64,000 bases of DNA from Octopus bimaculoides (GCF_001194135.2 NC_068981.1:19083150-19147149), one strand, 5' to 3'; numbered from the stretch's first letter, positions 26,433-39,870 are shown. The notes: generated from the letters alone by a model not told the origin. Translations and numbers: made by a program.

Positions 26433-26819
26433 ATTTCCTAAATCTGTGTGTGCACCACTGAGTAGTGAAGGGGGTAGTGCCGCCCAGTGTACCCCCTTAG
26501 CGACGGGTATGTTAGTCAGACTTCAAGTAATGTATTGCAGGAAAAGTTTTGTAAACTGTATTTTCCTAAACTTGAGGGTGCATCACTGAATAGTAAACGT
26601 GCAGTTGCTGTCCAGTTCTCCCCACCACCTCAACGATAGGCATGTAGTGACGTGTCCCGGGAAGCTCTTGACTTTGTCACCCTGCACTAGCCCCAGGCGG
26701 ATAAAGCAGACCTAAACGTGCCATCTCCATAAAAGCGTCGCCAAGGCAGATATTCCCCCTAACTCTGCCATGGGGAATAGCTGCACTACTTGTTAAACAA
26801 TGTATGCTGAGCATCAATG

Positions 26820-28081
26820 TTAGGTCGTTTCAAAAATAATGACCGCTTTGAGTGTTGTGTTTTGAAATGCAAATTTATCATAGTATTTTAATTATACTTT
26901 AGGTGAATTTCGACACAATAATTGATGTATGCTCTTTAATAATTTTCTACTTATTTCAGACAGAAAACATTCTTGAAGCATAGGTGCCCTCAATTATGAA
27001 CATCACAAAAAAGGAACTTCGCTTACTTTTCTTGCATGAGTTTAAGCTTGAGCACAATGCCTCCCAAACTGCTGCCAATATCGACAGAGCATGGGGAGAG
27101 GGGTTCACAAGTGATCGCACAGTACGAAGGTGGTTTCAGAAGTTCCGGAGTAGTGATGAGAGCCTTGAAGATGAAGAATATATAGGAAGGTCATGGAGTC
27201 TTGACAATGAACAATTGAAAGCGATTGTTGAACAAAATTCACGTCAAAGCGTCAGAGAAATGTCTCAGGCACTTGGTGTCGGTATTGCAAAGGTCTCACG
27301 CAATATGCAGAAGATTGGTAAGGTGAAAAAGCTCGATAAATGGGTACCGGATGAGCTCAATGAAAATCAAAACGTTTGGCATTTTGAAGTGTGCTCGATG
27401 TTCTTTCTGCGAAACACCAATGATCCTTTTCTTGACCTAATTGTCACTTGTGACGAAAAGTGGATCCTTTATGATAACCGTAAACGATCAGGTCAATGAC
27501 CTGATCGTGATGAGTCTCCCAAACATTTCCCAAAGCCAAAGTTGCATCAGCAAAAGATTATGGTGACTGTCTGGTGGTCTGAAATTGGTGTTGTCCATTA
27601 CAGCTTTCTGGAAGCCAATCAGAGAATTACAGCAGACGTTTACTGCAATCAACTCGCAGAAATACATCCTCACTTGCAAAAAATGAGAACTGTATTGGTG
27701 AATTTGCATGGCCCCATGATAATGCAAAGCTACATGTTGCAAGAATGATACTGCAGAAACTCACAGACTTGAGATACGTGACTTTACCACATCCTCCATA
27801 TTCTCCTGATCTTTCACCCACTGACTACCATTTTATAAGCATTTAAACACGTTTTTAAGTGACAAAACTTTCATCTCCAAACCAGAGGTGGAACCAGCTT
27901 TCAAAGATTTCTTAACATCAAAACCAATAAGTTTTTATCAACCAGGCATAAATAATGTTGTTGATCAATGGCAGAGATGCTCACGGCTCATATTTTGACT
28001 AATCAAGACCTTTCTATTGTTAATTTTTCCAGAATAAAATTATGTTTCTAAAATCGACCGTTATTTTTCGGAACAACCAAA
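26820..28081 (+). mobile_element. Near full-length mariner transposon (DD34D, Hsmar1/cecropia-like), inactivated
   Basis: Degenerate TIRs (ttaggtcgtttcaaaaataatgaccg / cgaccgttatttttcggaacaaccaaa, then TA). The ORF from 26984 has an HTH, WVP(D)EL, TCDEKW, HDNA..YSPDLSPTD with 34 residues between the last two D residues, a premature TGA at 27497 and a frameshift. Confidence 0.95.
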
Positions 28082-28465
28082 TAGTTGCACAATTAGAGTA
28101 ACAAGATATATGTCAAGCACCGATACATAGTTACACCACTAGTTTAACGAGACATGTGTTAAACCACGACGCATCATTTTATCACTGGTTTAACTAGATG
28201 TTTGTCTAGCAGCGAGTTGTACTTGCACCCCAGCCCTAATCGCAGATCTTGATGTGATAGATAACGGCCTCGAGCTGTTACTGTCAACCAATGTGTTAAT
28301 GCTATAAATATTGTATCCAAACTGTTAATGCAGCTGACATGTATCACGGATTACCTCCCCTATTTGTTTCGACCATTACTTTTCTCTTTTTGCCTCGCAT
28401 CAATTCCCTTTCATTCTATTTTCACTCAAACAAGCTTATTTATTTATGAGTGATATGGTCAGACT

Positions 28466-28852
28466 TTTATCTTTTACTTGCTTCAGTCATTGGACTTCGG
28501 TCATGCTGGAGCACTGCCTTCAAGGGTTTCAGTCAAACAGATCGACTCTGGGACTAATTTTTTCTTTTAAATCTGTATTTATTCTATCGGTCTCTTTTGT
28601 TAAACCGTTAAGTTACGGGAGGTAAAAAAAAAAAGCACAAAACAGGTTGTCAAACGATTCTGAGGGACGAAGACAAGCACAAACATACACACATACGACG
28701 GGCTTCCATATAGTTTCCATCAATCGAATTCATTCGCAAGTCATTGGTCGACCTCGGATTATAATAGAAGACACTTGCCCAAGATGTGACGCAGTTGGAC
28801 CGAAATCCAAACCACGTGGTTGCAAAGCGAATCTTCTTAACCACACAGACAT
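28466..28852 (-). mobile_element. SINE family A, diverged full-length copy
   Basis: Reverse-complement homology to 837-1255. Confidence 0.85.
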
Positions 28853-29263
28853 ATGTTTATTTTTTAAACATTTTTTATATCCAAAACAATTTTTGTTTGA
28901 AAATTTTCCTCTGCTGTGAATATCATAATTGTTATCCTGTAACAATACAATGTGATTCGTTTTATTAAGTCTTGTTCAAATTATTTTCTGATTTTTAATG
29001 TTTATATTCTTTTTTTGTCATCGGTCAATTCTGTTATACAACAGACTCCGTTATTGTTCAAATGTCGTAACCTTTGCTGACCCAATCAGCTTTAAATGGT
29101 AATTTAATGATTTACCAAGTCATTTTCACGGTGCTTTCAAATCCCACCATGTCCTACTCGGGTGGTAGACTAAATCTATTTGAAGCCATCACCAGGCATA
29201 TGTGTGAGAAAGTGTGTGTGTGGTTGTGCGCTCGTGAGTGACTGTATGTAAGCATTCATGTCC

Positions 29264-29299
<36 letters not shown>

Positions 29300-29976
29300 N
29301 NNNNNNNNNNNNNNNNNNNNNNNNNNNNNNNNNNNNNNNNNNNNNNNNNNNNNNNNNNNNNNNNNNNNNNNNNNNNNNNNNNNNNNNNNNNNNNNNNNNN
29401 NNNNNNNNNNNNNNNNNNNNNNNNNNNNNNNNNNNNNNNNNNNNNNNNNNNNNNNNNNNNNNNNNNNNNNNNNNNNNNNNNNNNNNNNNNNNNNNNNNNN
29501 NNNNNNNNNNNNNNNNNNNNNNNNNNNNNNNNNNNNNNNNNNNNNNNNNNNNNNNNNNNNNNNNNNNNNNNNNNNNNNNNNNNNNNNNNNNNNNNNNNNN
29601 NNNNNNNNNNNNNNNNNNNNNNNNNNNNNNNNNNNNNNNNNNNNNNNNNNNNNNNNNNNNNNNNNNNNNNNNNNNNNNNNNNNNNNNNNNNNNNNNNNNN
29701 NNNNNNNNNNNNNNNNNNNNNNNNNNNNNNNNNNNNNNNNNNNNNNNNNNNNNNNNNNNNNNNNNNNNNNNNNNNNNNNNNNNNNNNNNNNNNNNNNNNN
29801 NNNNNNNNNNNNNNNNNNNNNNNNNNNNNNNNNNNNNNNNNNNNNNNNNNNNNNNNNNNNNNNNNNNNNNNNNNNNNNNNNNNNNNNNNNNNNNNNNNNN
29901 NNNNNNNNNNNNNNNNNNNNNNNNNNNNNNNNNNNNNNNNNNNNNNNNNNNNNNNNNNNNNNNNNNNNNNNNNNNN

Positions 29977-30018
<42 letters not shown>

Positions 30019-30117
30019 TACATATAGACATATATGTATGTGTATATATATAAGTGTGTGTGTATGTGTGTGTGTATGTGTGTGTGTGTGTACATACATA
30101 AATATGTACTTTGATTA

Positions 30118-30372
30118 TCTTTTACTTGTTTGAGTCATTTGACTGCGGCCATGAAGGGGCACTCCCTTGAAATTTTAGCCGAATATATCGCCGCCAATAC
30201 TTTTTTAAAGCCTAGAACTTACTGTATCGATTCTTTTGCCGAACCGCTAAGTTACGGGACGTAAACACATCAGTACAGGTCATCAAGCGTTGGTAGGGGA
30301 CAAGCATAAACACAAAAAGTACACACACACACACACATATACATACGACGGACTTCTTTCAGTTTCTATCTA
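30118..30372 (-). mobile_element. SINE family A, 3' half
   Basis: gtcatttgactgcggccatg...gccgaaccgctaagttacgggacgtaaacac. Confidence 0.85.
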
Positions 30373-30848
30373 TGTTGATTTTTTGTTTATTTTTATGTGT
30401 CTTGACCATACTATACTGATGAGTAGAAGTTGCATAATACTGTAATAACTACGAAATCATGATCTATAGTTTAGTCTGTTTTTAAGGGGCTAGCTTTGAG
30501 AGTTGTATTTCCTCGCGTTCGGTAAAAATGTGTTTATTATGGTAATTTGACCTTAGAGTCCCTCTTAGCGTGATGCATTCATGTATAGTAATGCCGATAT
30601 AGAAATAAATATATTTTGGGGAATAAATGGTGGATTATTCCCTTATGAGGTTTTTTCACGCTAGCTACTTGATAAATTCTTATAAAAGAATTTATCCTAT
30701 TTATTGAATTAATTTTATATATATATATATATNNNNNNNNNNNNNNNNNNNNNNNNNNNNNNNNNNNNNNNNNNNNNNNNNNNNNNNNNNNNNNNNNNNN
30801 NNNNNNNNNNNNNNNNNNNNNNNNNNNNNNNNNNNNNNNNNNNNNNNN

Positions 30849-30886
<38 letters not shown>

Positions 30887-31825
30887 GTGTGGAGCAATCT
30901 AAATAAACCACACCAATGTGTACACATAGTTTTGCATACACCTAAACCAGAAGCGACTAACGTTATTTAACACAGAGTATGCAATGCTAAAAATGAAAAG
31001 CATGTAATTGAAGTAGGAAACATATAACATATAAGCGTCCTCTTTCTGGCTGCTTTTCATAAAAATGAATGATATGTCTTAAAATCTGATTTGTCATTTA
31101 CATTCATGTATATACTTAAACTTATGTAGTAAACTCACAAGCAAGACAAATTTACATATTTCCTCGCAGATTGGAAAAACGATGAACAGTCTCAATCGAT
31201 TTTCGACCCTTATTAGTGTCTCATCTTACATCTCCTGAGAAACCGCAGAGACCAGCTAGAAATAGTAGCCGAATCTATTGCAAATCATACTCTGTCATCT
31301 AATCCTTTTATACATATGTAATCCTGTAGCTTTAGAGAAGTGGAATTGCATTCAGTAAAAGTTTAACATTTAATATTAGGGGCCTGTCAACGGTGATCTC
31401 AGTTTACATAATGTCAAGGCATGATATATGTTAAGATATGTAGGGACACATCTTAGATCAGTTTTTCATTCATATTAGTTGACCCTTACATACACACCGA
31501 TATTAGTGTCTACATCCATTATTACGCTTTTCAGGTGGTTGCCTGTAGTATTTAACCCCAGGTCATCTCTGGCCGCCGGACTTATTACTAAAGATATTCC
31601 AGATGGAACTCACCTGTCTCTTCCCTGCGCTGCTTTTCACCGGCAACCCAGGGATAAGATTTATAAAGTTACGTAAGGTCTAATTTGAGGGCAATTTGGC
31701 TTCTATTCCTAGCAAGTCGAGAGGTTCTCTTGTTTACGTTGTTAGTGTTTACAGTGTGGATATGGATATAAAGATGCAGCAGTGATGGTTAACTGGCTGG
31801 CAATTTGATGGAGCTTTCACTTAAT

Positions 31826-31861
<36 letters not shown>

Positions 31862-32146
31862 CACACTATTAGTTAAGATGACACTGATTTTGTACGATGT
31901 TCATTAATGTATTCGTTAAGAGAATAAATTATAAGTACAGGAATAACAACAAAGCGAATCAGATAGCAGAATTATGTTGCTATGGTATAAATGTTGCCCT
32001 TCAAAGCATTTGATATCTTCAATGATTTCTTCTATGGCAGTCAGGTAACCTCGACCAGCTAGAAATAGTAGCCGAATCTATTGCAAATCATATTCTGTCG
32101 TCTTTTATAGGGACACGTCTTATATGTAGACACATTATCTAATGTA

Positions 32147-32271
32147 CAGGGTGTCCACAAAGTTTGGCTACATGGAGTAAATAAAATCATAACATAAACA
32201 ATTAAATATAAGAAATAATAATTTCTTAAAGTATGTATTAATCCTCATGTACCCAGACTTTGTGGACACTG
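32147..32271. mobile_element. Tc1/mariner-type MITE (~125 bp)
   Basis: TA-CAGGGTGTCCACAAAGTTTGG ... CCAGACTTTGTGGACACTG-TA: terminal inverted repeats with TA duplication and an AT-rich interior. Confidence 0.85.
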
Positions 32272-32825
32272 TAGTTTGAAATGCATTAAGTCTGAGATTA
32301 TACAAGGTCTTTACTTGAAAATCATTGATTATGAGACTGTTCCCTTAGGGCTGACCTGGGGCCAAACAACAACAAAAACTTATATCTAACTTTGACACAA
32401 AGCCCCATATTTGAAGTCGTGGTATAACTCAAAAACACGGATTCTTATTATATGAATTCTGAGTAAATGAACGTCTAAGTTTACATTGGTAAAATCTAAA
32501 CTCATAGTATAAGTGAAGTTAGCTCTATACAGATTGGTATTAGTGTAATAAAATATATGACATCTAGACTATATGACATCAATATTTTACTAGATTAATT
32601 GGTGGAATAGCAGAAGCTAAAAGTAATAAGTATTTACTTCTATATGTTTATATTGAAAGTGTAAAACCTCGTAATATTTGAATGGAAACGCTGCATGCTT
32701 TACACGATTTATATACGATATTAAGCAATTCAGCTATTTGTTTAGGTTATCTATGTTATTCAACACAGCTACCATTTATAAGAATTGAATTTAGTTATTG
32801 AGTTGAAGAAAACTTCCGGAGGTGA

Positions 32826-35800
32826 AGGACCTCTTGCAACTACGACTTTGTTTTGGATAACAACTTTACAGCGGGGCATAATTGGACATTGAATAAGCAC
32901 AATGCTGGACATATTACAAGTGTGACGAATGATGTTACACCATCCGCTACAGTCAATATCACAACTTCGACAATTACAATGGCGTATACTGAAGGAAAAT
33001 GGCTCATTCTATTAGAAATGTATTTTGAAGTATCGGCTGCTACAGATGGCATCCGAAAACGATTCTATTGCATGTTTGAGAGAAAGACCTTAGTGAAATT
33101 TAGCATACACTAAATGACGAAAAAAAGCAACTTATGCGAGCAGAAAAGAATAAACGGTTCCTCTTTTTAACCGAAGGAAAAGTTGACAAAAAAGAAGAAT
33201 CCTGTTCGGGCTATTTCATTCCAAGAAAATAAAAATCCTTATTTAACTGTTACTCGTCTAAAAACAGATTTTGCTTAATATGATACTAATGGTGCAACGG
33301 TAAATCAATTCATCTAGAAGATATGTGAAACTCTTTTAATACAATTATTACAATCACCCAACATCACACAGGATCTGGTTAACTAACAACCAAAATGCAT
33401 GGAAGAAAGCATATCTAACACGTTCGACGAAGATAGTATCAATTTGATGAGCAATTTCGAAATATTGAGTATAAAAAATTAAGTTCTGTTTTCGGAGAGT
33501 TTCGAGATCTCATGGATGGTTTCGATTCTGGTATCTTTTCTGATCCCAAATGCCTTATTAACAGAAGAAATTGTATGCAAATCATGGAAACCACATTTTC
33601 GCAACTTTGGTAGCTTTCCTTCTTACTCATGCCAAATTGAAGAGCACTTGCAATTTGTTTGCACTGAAAGCACTCAGTCAGTCAGCGACGGTGAAAACAT
33701 CTTTGAAGTTAAGTAGTGATGGTAAGCTACAACTTCATGTAGGTAATATTTTATTCTACTTTCATCCAATTGTTTATGATGCTCTATAGAATAGGGCCTC
33801 AACTTACCATTCCCAGCTTATCTATGATGGCAGTAGGCCTATAAAAACATGTTGGACAACAGTGAGTTGTACAGGATGCCCTTTGAACGGGTGATTAATC
33901 CTGGCCACTTAGAACGTAAAGTACCTATAAAGATAACGCGAAGCATCTCCACCATACTAACAATTACATCAATACACCATCCTGAAATATATCGACTTAA
34001 TATTCTTAGTATATGGACTTTGATATAAAGTACTTAATATACTTTACTATAAAGTACTTCATATATCGACTTCAACAGAATGAAATGTAAAGTTGGCCTC
34101 GACAAGATTTGAACTCAAAATGCAGAGAAAGGGAACAAATAACACAAGGAGTTCTACCCGATGCTTCTACAACTCTGCCAATTTACCACCTTATATTTCC
34201 CTTAATAGGAGATGAAAACAAATAGTATGACGTCATACTGAGCCAGTGTTTAGCAATATTATAAAACATTGGCCTTACATTAAATCGCACATAGTGTATT
34301 TTTGATGTTAGGCAGATAGAATATTTTAGGTGAAGTGATTTAAGTCAGGGGATTAAATTGACAGAGGATAAAACTAGGGCTTTGGATGACTTTAAATGTT
34401 TCGAAACAACCAACTGAATTAAGTTCTTTTCGATTATCAAACGTTGATCGTTACTTGTATTCAACCATGGAGACAGACATACTACGGAAACTAACAAAAA
34501 CCAAATTTCATTGATGTGGTAAACGAGAGGAAACAGTTTAGAAATTAAAACCGTGTATAACATCTCGTACAGCACTTCGAAACCGGACAGAAATGCTTCT
34601 ATTTAAGTTAGCACCGATCCCGTCGGTATGTCACGTGATTTCCCGTACAATCAAATCATCGTTAAACTAAAAAGAAAAGTTTTGCTATAGTAAGAGTACA
34701 TGAAAAATTTCACTGATATGGAGATCAATTCAACATTTTTACAGACCATCAACCATTTATAAACGTTATTGTTGAAGAGAGAAAATTTTCGCCAAGAATA
34801 TTTCTCTGGGAATTTTGATATCCTGCGATTGCCGACTGGAGTTCATGAAAGGTATCCACAGTCCAGTTAATGTTTTGTCACATCAACTAATAGTAACAAT
34901 AACAGGACACGTTATGAGGATGAGCATTATAAACGATGTGTCAGTGTTGTAATTACAACATTGTAATTACAAATGCAGTTAATTTGTTAAAACATGCGAA
35001 GGAGGACTCAGCTATTTAACTAATAGTAGTAGCATTGTAATCAGGTAAATGGAAAAATAAAATGATTGCAGCGTGGAAGACACATATCAACTATTCAAAA
35101 GCACACAAAATCTTAACTTCTTTTAAATAGCTATCATCTGTTGTCAAAATGTGGTTTCCACACTGCGATTGTGTTTGCTTTAAATCGAGGTCTCTCAGAT
35201 CAAATCACTTGCATGGCATGTACACAGCGGAAAAGAAAAGAAGCTTAAAGAGAAATCGGGAAAAGTTGTAGGAGATTGAAATCGTCGATCCTTTTGCGCG
35301 AAAGACAAGAAGAAAATAGGCATTGACCACGCATTGGAATGAAAACAATAAAAGATGTCCGGAAAATGAAATATGGTGGCCCGAAACTGATGTAAATATA
35401 GAACGAAGAATTAGGAATTGTTTGATATAGGTAGCGCCTGAGCCGTTGCGACATACATTGTCTACAAGATCAAACATGTGAGAAGAACTACATGTAGATT
35501 ACAAAGGCCATCCAACTAGTGGAGAATCACTGTTATTCACCATAGAAGGGGCATCACGCAGTTGATACCAAGTCATGAAATCATTTGGAACTCAGCATTT
35601 TGATCAGTAGCATGAAATTGATTTTTACCTTTTGTGGGATTCCAAGAAGAATTGTTTCTGACAACTGATCGCAATTGATAAGCTGTAAGTTTAAAGAATG
35701 TCTACAGCAATGGAGAGTATGACATCAAAGATTTACACCCAACTATGCCAAGAAAATGATCAAGTAGAAAGACTTAATAGAACTAATGGTGAAGTAATTA

Positions 35801-35830
35801 AGATAGCAATTCAAAAAGGTAAACCGGTGC
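32826..35830 (+). mobile_element. Decayed Ty3/gypsy LTR retrotransposon gag-pol
   Basis: Motifs occur in canonical order: gag-like GKWLILLEMYFEVSAATDGIRKR; RT C-terminus IGLTLNRT*CIFDVRQIEY; connection LRKLTKTKFH*; RNase H TDHQP; integrase Zn region IWWPETDVNIERRIRNC; ELHVDYKG; GIPRRIVSDN...QVERLNRT (~DD35E). There are many stops, a SINE is inserted at ~34030-34195 and no LTRs were recognised. Confidence 0.82.
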
Positions 35831-35834
35831 AGAC

Positions 35835-35962
35835 ATAGGTGTGTGGCGAAAGAGTTCACTTCGTAGCCACGGAGTTTCGGGTTCAGTCCCCCTGCGCTGC
35901 ACATTGGGCAAGGATCTTCTCTTACAGACCCTTAGCCATCAATGCCTTGTAAGTGAATTTAG
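35835..35962 (+). mobile_element. SINE family A head only
   Basis: gtgtgtggcgaaagagttcacttcg...gggttcagtccccctgcg..ttgggcaag. Confidence 0.7.
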
Positions 35963-36109
35963 TACACACACACACCCTTGCATACATACATACATACATA
36001 CATACATACATACAAGCGCACTTGCATACATACATATATACATACACACTTACTTAGACACACACACACATACTCACACACTTGTATACGTACATACATT
36101 ACATACATA

Positions 36110-36220
36110 CAAAAATACCCTATTGTTGATGTTGAAATTCTAATGAAGGAGCCTTGGATCTAGGTTAGAAACCAGTTCTTTCTCTAATGGCACGAAATCT
36201 TGATATGAAACTGAATAATG
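36110..36220 (+). mobile_element. Solo 3' UTR tip of the R4/Dong-like LINE
   Basis: Homologous to the 3' UTR at 16990-17100 and preceded by (TACA)n. A similar solo tip lies at ~49420-49530 (-). Confidence 0.75.
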
Positions 36221-36267
36221 ACACACATATATACTTACACACACTCACACACATTTATATATATATA

Positions 36268-37350
36268 CAGGGTGTCCTATAAAAGTGTACACTTTAATAG
36301 CCGATAATCCACTTAATTTTCATTTCTTTTAAGATTTAAACTCATTAGAAATAATGAAGAGAGCTAGACTAAGCTTTGAACAAAGCTCCTAAAATGCTAC
36401 TGGATCGTTGAAAATGCAGTCTAAGTGCAAAGATGGTTTAGAAGGGAGTTTCAAAGAGATCCTCCTACACGGTTTACCATCACTGGAATAACAGATAAGT
36501 TTGAAGCAGATGGAATACTTCAGAATATCCAGAAGAAATATTCCTGAAAAGCGTGGGTATAGACAAGCCCCCAATATGCAAGAAAGGGTACTAAAAACAT
36601 ATTGTCAAAGCTGAAGAAAGTCTGTGTGGAAAGCAAGCGAGTCATGAGACAAGAATTTCAAAACTAAGCGTTCATCACATATTGAAGTAGTATCATTGGA
36701 AAACTTACATTCCAAGAATGGTCCAGGTGATGTGGAGCGCAGAGTGGAGTTTTGCAAGATGTGTGCAAGCTGCTCACTTTCCAACAAAGATTATTTGGAG
36801 TGATGAAGCTATATTTAAATTAACTAGCTCAGTTACCTACTCCAATTATACCTACTGGGGACCTGAAAATTTGCATTTTACGGAAGAACATCATGTTAAT
36901 TTATCAAATGTTACAGTATGGTGCGGCATATCATCAAAAGAAACAATCGAACCATACTTTTGACAGCACTGTGGCTGATCCTATTTTCTTGAACTTGTGA
37001 CAACTTGTATTCAAAGCCTTCGAGAGGACTTTGAAGTTGTGAAGTTTTATTTCCAGCAAGATAGGGTACCCCACATTGTCATAGTAATATAAGAGCCTAC
37101 CTCGATGAGATTTTTACAAACAGGTGGATTGGACGAAGAGGTTCAGTAGCCTACCCTTTGAATTCACCGGAATTCACACCACTACACTTTTTCCTATGGT
37201 AATTCTTAAAGGATAAAGTTTCCAGTACAAAACCGGCAACAGTCGATGAATTGTGGGCGGCCATTGAACGAGAATTTCTTGATCTTTGCGATTCCATGGC
37301 TGCGCGTTATCAAGCAATGTCTGGACCAGAAAGAGCTTCAGTTTGAAAAT
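36268..37350 (+). mobile_element. Decayed Tc1/mariner-superfamily transposase with left TIR
   Basis: Starts TA-CAGGGTGTCC. Motifs KIIWSDEAIF, NVTVWCGIS..IEPYF, FQQD and RWIGRRGS..SPEFTPLHFFLW. The right TIR was not found. Confidence 0.85.
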
Positions 37351-37451
37351 AGTTCATAAAGATATTGAATTCTAATGGTAGATTCTATTAAATGCTGAAA
37401 ATGAAATGTATTTTATAAGCATTCAATGTGTGTATATATTTTTATTAAATG

Positions 37452-37513
<62 letters not shown>

Positions 37514-37559
37514 GTGTGCGTGTGTGAGTGTGTGCGTATGTGTGTATGTGCGTACACAT

Positions 37560-37727
37560 ATGCATATACACGACGAGCTTCCACACGGTTTCCGCTTATC
37601 AAATTTACTCATAAGGCACTTGCCTGCTCGGAGCTAAAGTAGGAGACACTTAGATAATGTGCCGCACAGTGGAACTGAACCCGAAGCTATGAATTTTCAA
37701 AGTAAACTACTCGATTCCACAGTTATG
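37560..37727 (-). mobile_element. SINE family A head
   Basis: ccgcacagtggaactgaacccgaagc is the reverse complement of the family A head. Confidence 0.75.
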
Positions 37728-38467
37728 CTTGCACCCAAGGAAAACATCTTCCACCCTATACCGAGACATCTGATTTGTTCAATAGGGACTACATTGCTCA
37801 ATGTACCCCTCTTTATTTTAAGCCGATATTTTGTGTGTTGAGGGAGATTTCGATCCTGTTTCTATTAGGTTACGAAACTGTGTACTGAATGCCTTTATTT
37901 CTCGTTAAAATATATGAAATTAATGTTATTGTTGTTTAACAGAGAACTTAACACTGGAGTCGTAACATTGATAAACATTCATCAAAACATTAACATGAAA
38001 ACATATTAAAACAGTACCGGGTTCTCATGTTATCATCTTCCCCCATACGTATTCTATTAGCACGTAGCATAATCCTTTGAATATACACAATAATATTCTT
38101 ATGCATAACAATGTTCTGAAAAAGCTCTTCTGATGTCAACAAGCCAAGCTATACTTCCTTAAGGCAATCTAATTATTCAAGGCATAAATGTCTGTACAAT
38201 TGCAGTCAACCGCGGCAAGCAGAAAGAACGTATTAATATTTGATAGATAATTGTCATCAATGTACAACATTAACATTTCAGATGGCGTTACATTGGTTAA
38301 TCTATAGTTAAGATCTACGTGTGCATGGGTATACATACAAGTACGTATGTGTGCATGCATGTATTGTATACGTGTGTTGGGGCATATGTCTATATCTGTG
38401 TGTTAAATGACATCGCTTATACAAGGGCCTTTGTGCTTTTGTTTAAGTACATGGATGCGTATATGTG

Positions 38468-38566
<99 letters not shown>

Positions 38567-38652
38567 CACATACTTTTATGTGTGAGCAAATGTGTATACT
38601 TGGATGTGCGTATTTGTCTGTATTTATGCGTTTATCACCTATGAGCTCCTAC

Positions 38653-38750
<98 letters not shown>

Positions 38751-38894
38751 GTTTCAAAACTTCTGGAATGCAATTACTATGTCCATACATACAAAGATAT
38801 ATGCATACAGACATGCACGCAGATATACACATATATGTATATGTACATACATATGTGTATGGTGTTTGTGTGGTAGATAGATAGATAGACAGAC

Positions 38895-38944
<50 letters not shown>

Positions 38945-38948
<4 letters not shown>

Positions 38949-39360
38949 GTACTAATTAGTTATAAGGATTCGATAGAACCTAGGCACATCAACGCGTAGG
39001 GCGCCAGAAATGGCTAGATGCGATAACACAAAGTTCACAGTCACATAAACAAGAATGAAGTTATCAGATGTTTGTAGGATATGTGTAAGAACCAAATCTA
39101 ATTTAAACCGTCGATCCGACTCTGGGGTTGGTTCCAGGTGTAGTATAAGTATAAAAATAGAACACAAACGGCGTTTAAAATTTACGAAACGAGAACACGT
39201 CATTTGTTTCCTCTTTATACATACATACATTCGTAAATACATACATGCATACATACATCAATGAGAGAGACGGAAGACAGCATATGCCAGATGGGTCGAA
39301 ACGATTGTAGTGATGAATAAAGATTTGTAAATTCCCCCTTCAGTCTCATTGATTACACAC
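38945..39360 (+). mobile_element. Probable PLE 3' end remnant with pLTR-like sequence
   Basis: VCRICVRTK.NLNRRSD..RC..EHKRR resembles the PLE terminal CxLC..LNKRSE..CRH. It is followed by ...gggtcGAAACgattg...aataaa. Confidence 0.4.
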
Positions 39361-39438
39361 TCAACGAACACTGACTCAGTGAACATGCTTTAGCAGCAAA
39401 CTACCAGGTGTATACCATACGATTTATCGACTACTAAC

Positions 39439-39474
<36 letters not shown>

Positions 39475-39489
39475 CTGTGTGTGTGTGTC

Positions 39490-39530
<41 letters not shown>

Positions 39531-39699
39531 ATGACCACTAAGTGGAATCCTTTATGCTAGAAATCGACCATCAATATTCAGAATTTTCTTTATGCTAGGC
39601 CACTGGTTTTAAATTGGTGTTAATTAAACTAATATCCAATGTATCACCTTTATTATCATTATATATANNNNNNNNNNNNGATTGACCGTTGATTGAACA

Positions 39700-39870
39700 C
39701 TATTCAATTTTTTTTCTCCGTGCTTTTCTCCTTGTCTCCGTATTCTTTCTGTTGAAGAGCGTAGCTCGAAACGTCAAATACTTTCCGTATTCCCGAGCGT
39801 CATACTAATATATCCTTTTGTTATTTACACCACCTGTCCTCGTCTGTTGTTATTATTTGTATATTCTCCC
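39700..39870 (+). mobile_element. Short hammerhead-bearing repeat (PLE pLTR-like), copy 1
   Basis: tcttt-CTGTTGA-A-GAGC-gta-GCTC-GAAAC-GTC-aaata at 39744-39780. The flanks are homologous to 63665-63845. Confidence 0.7.
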
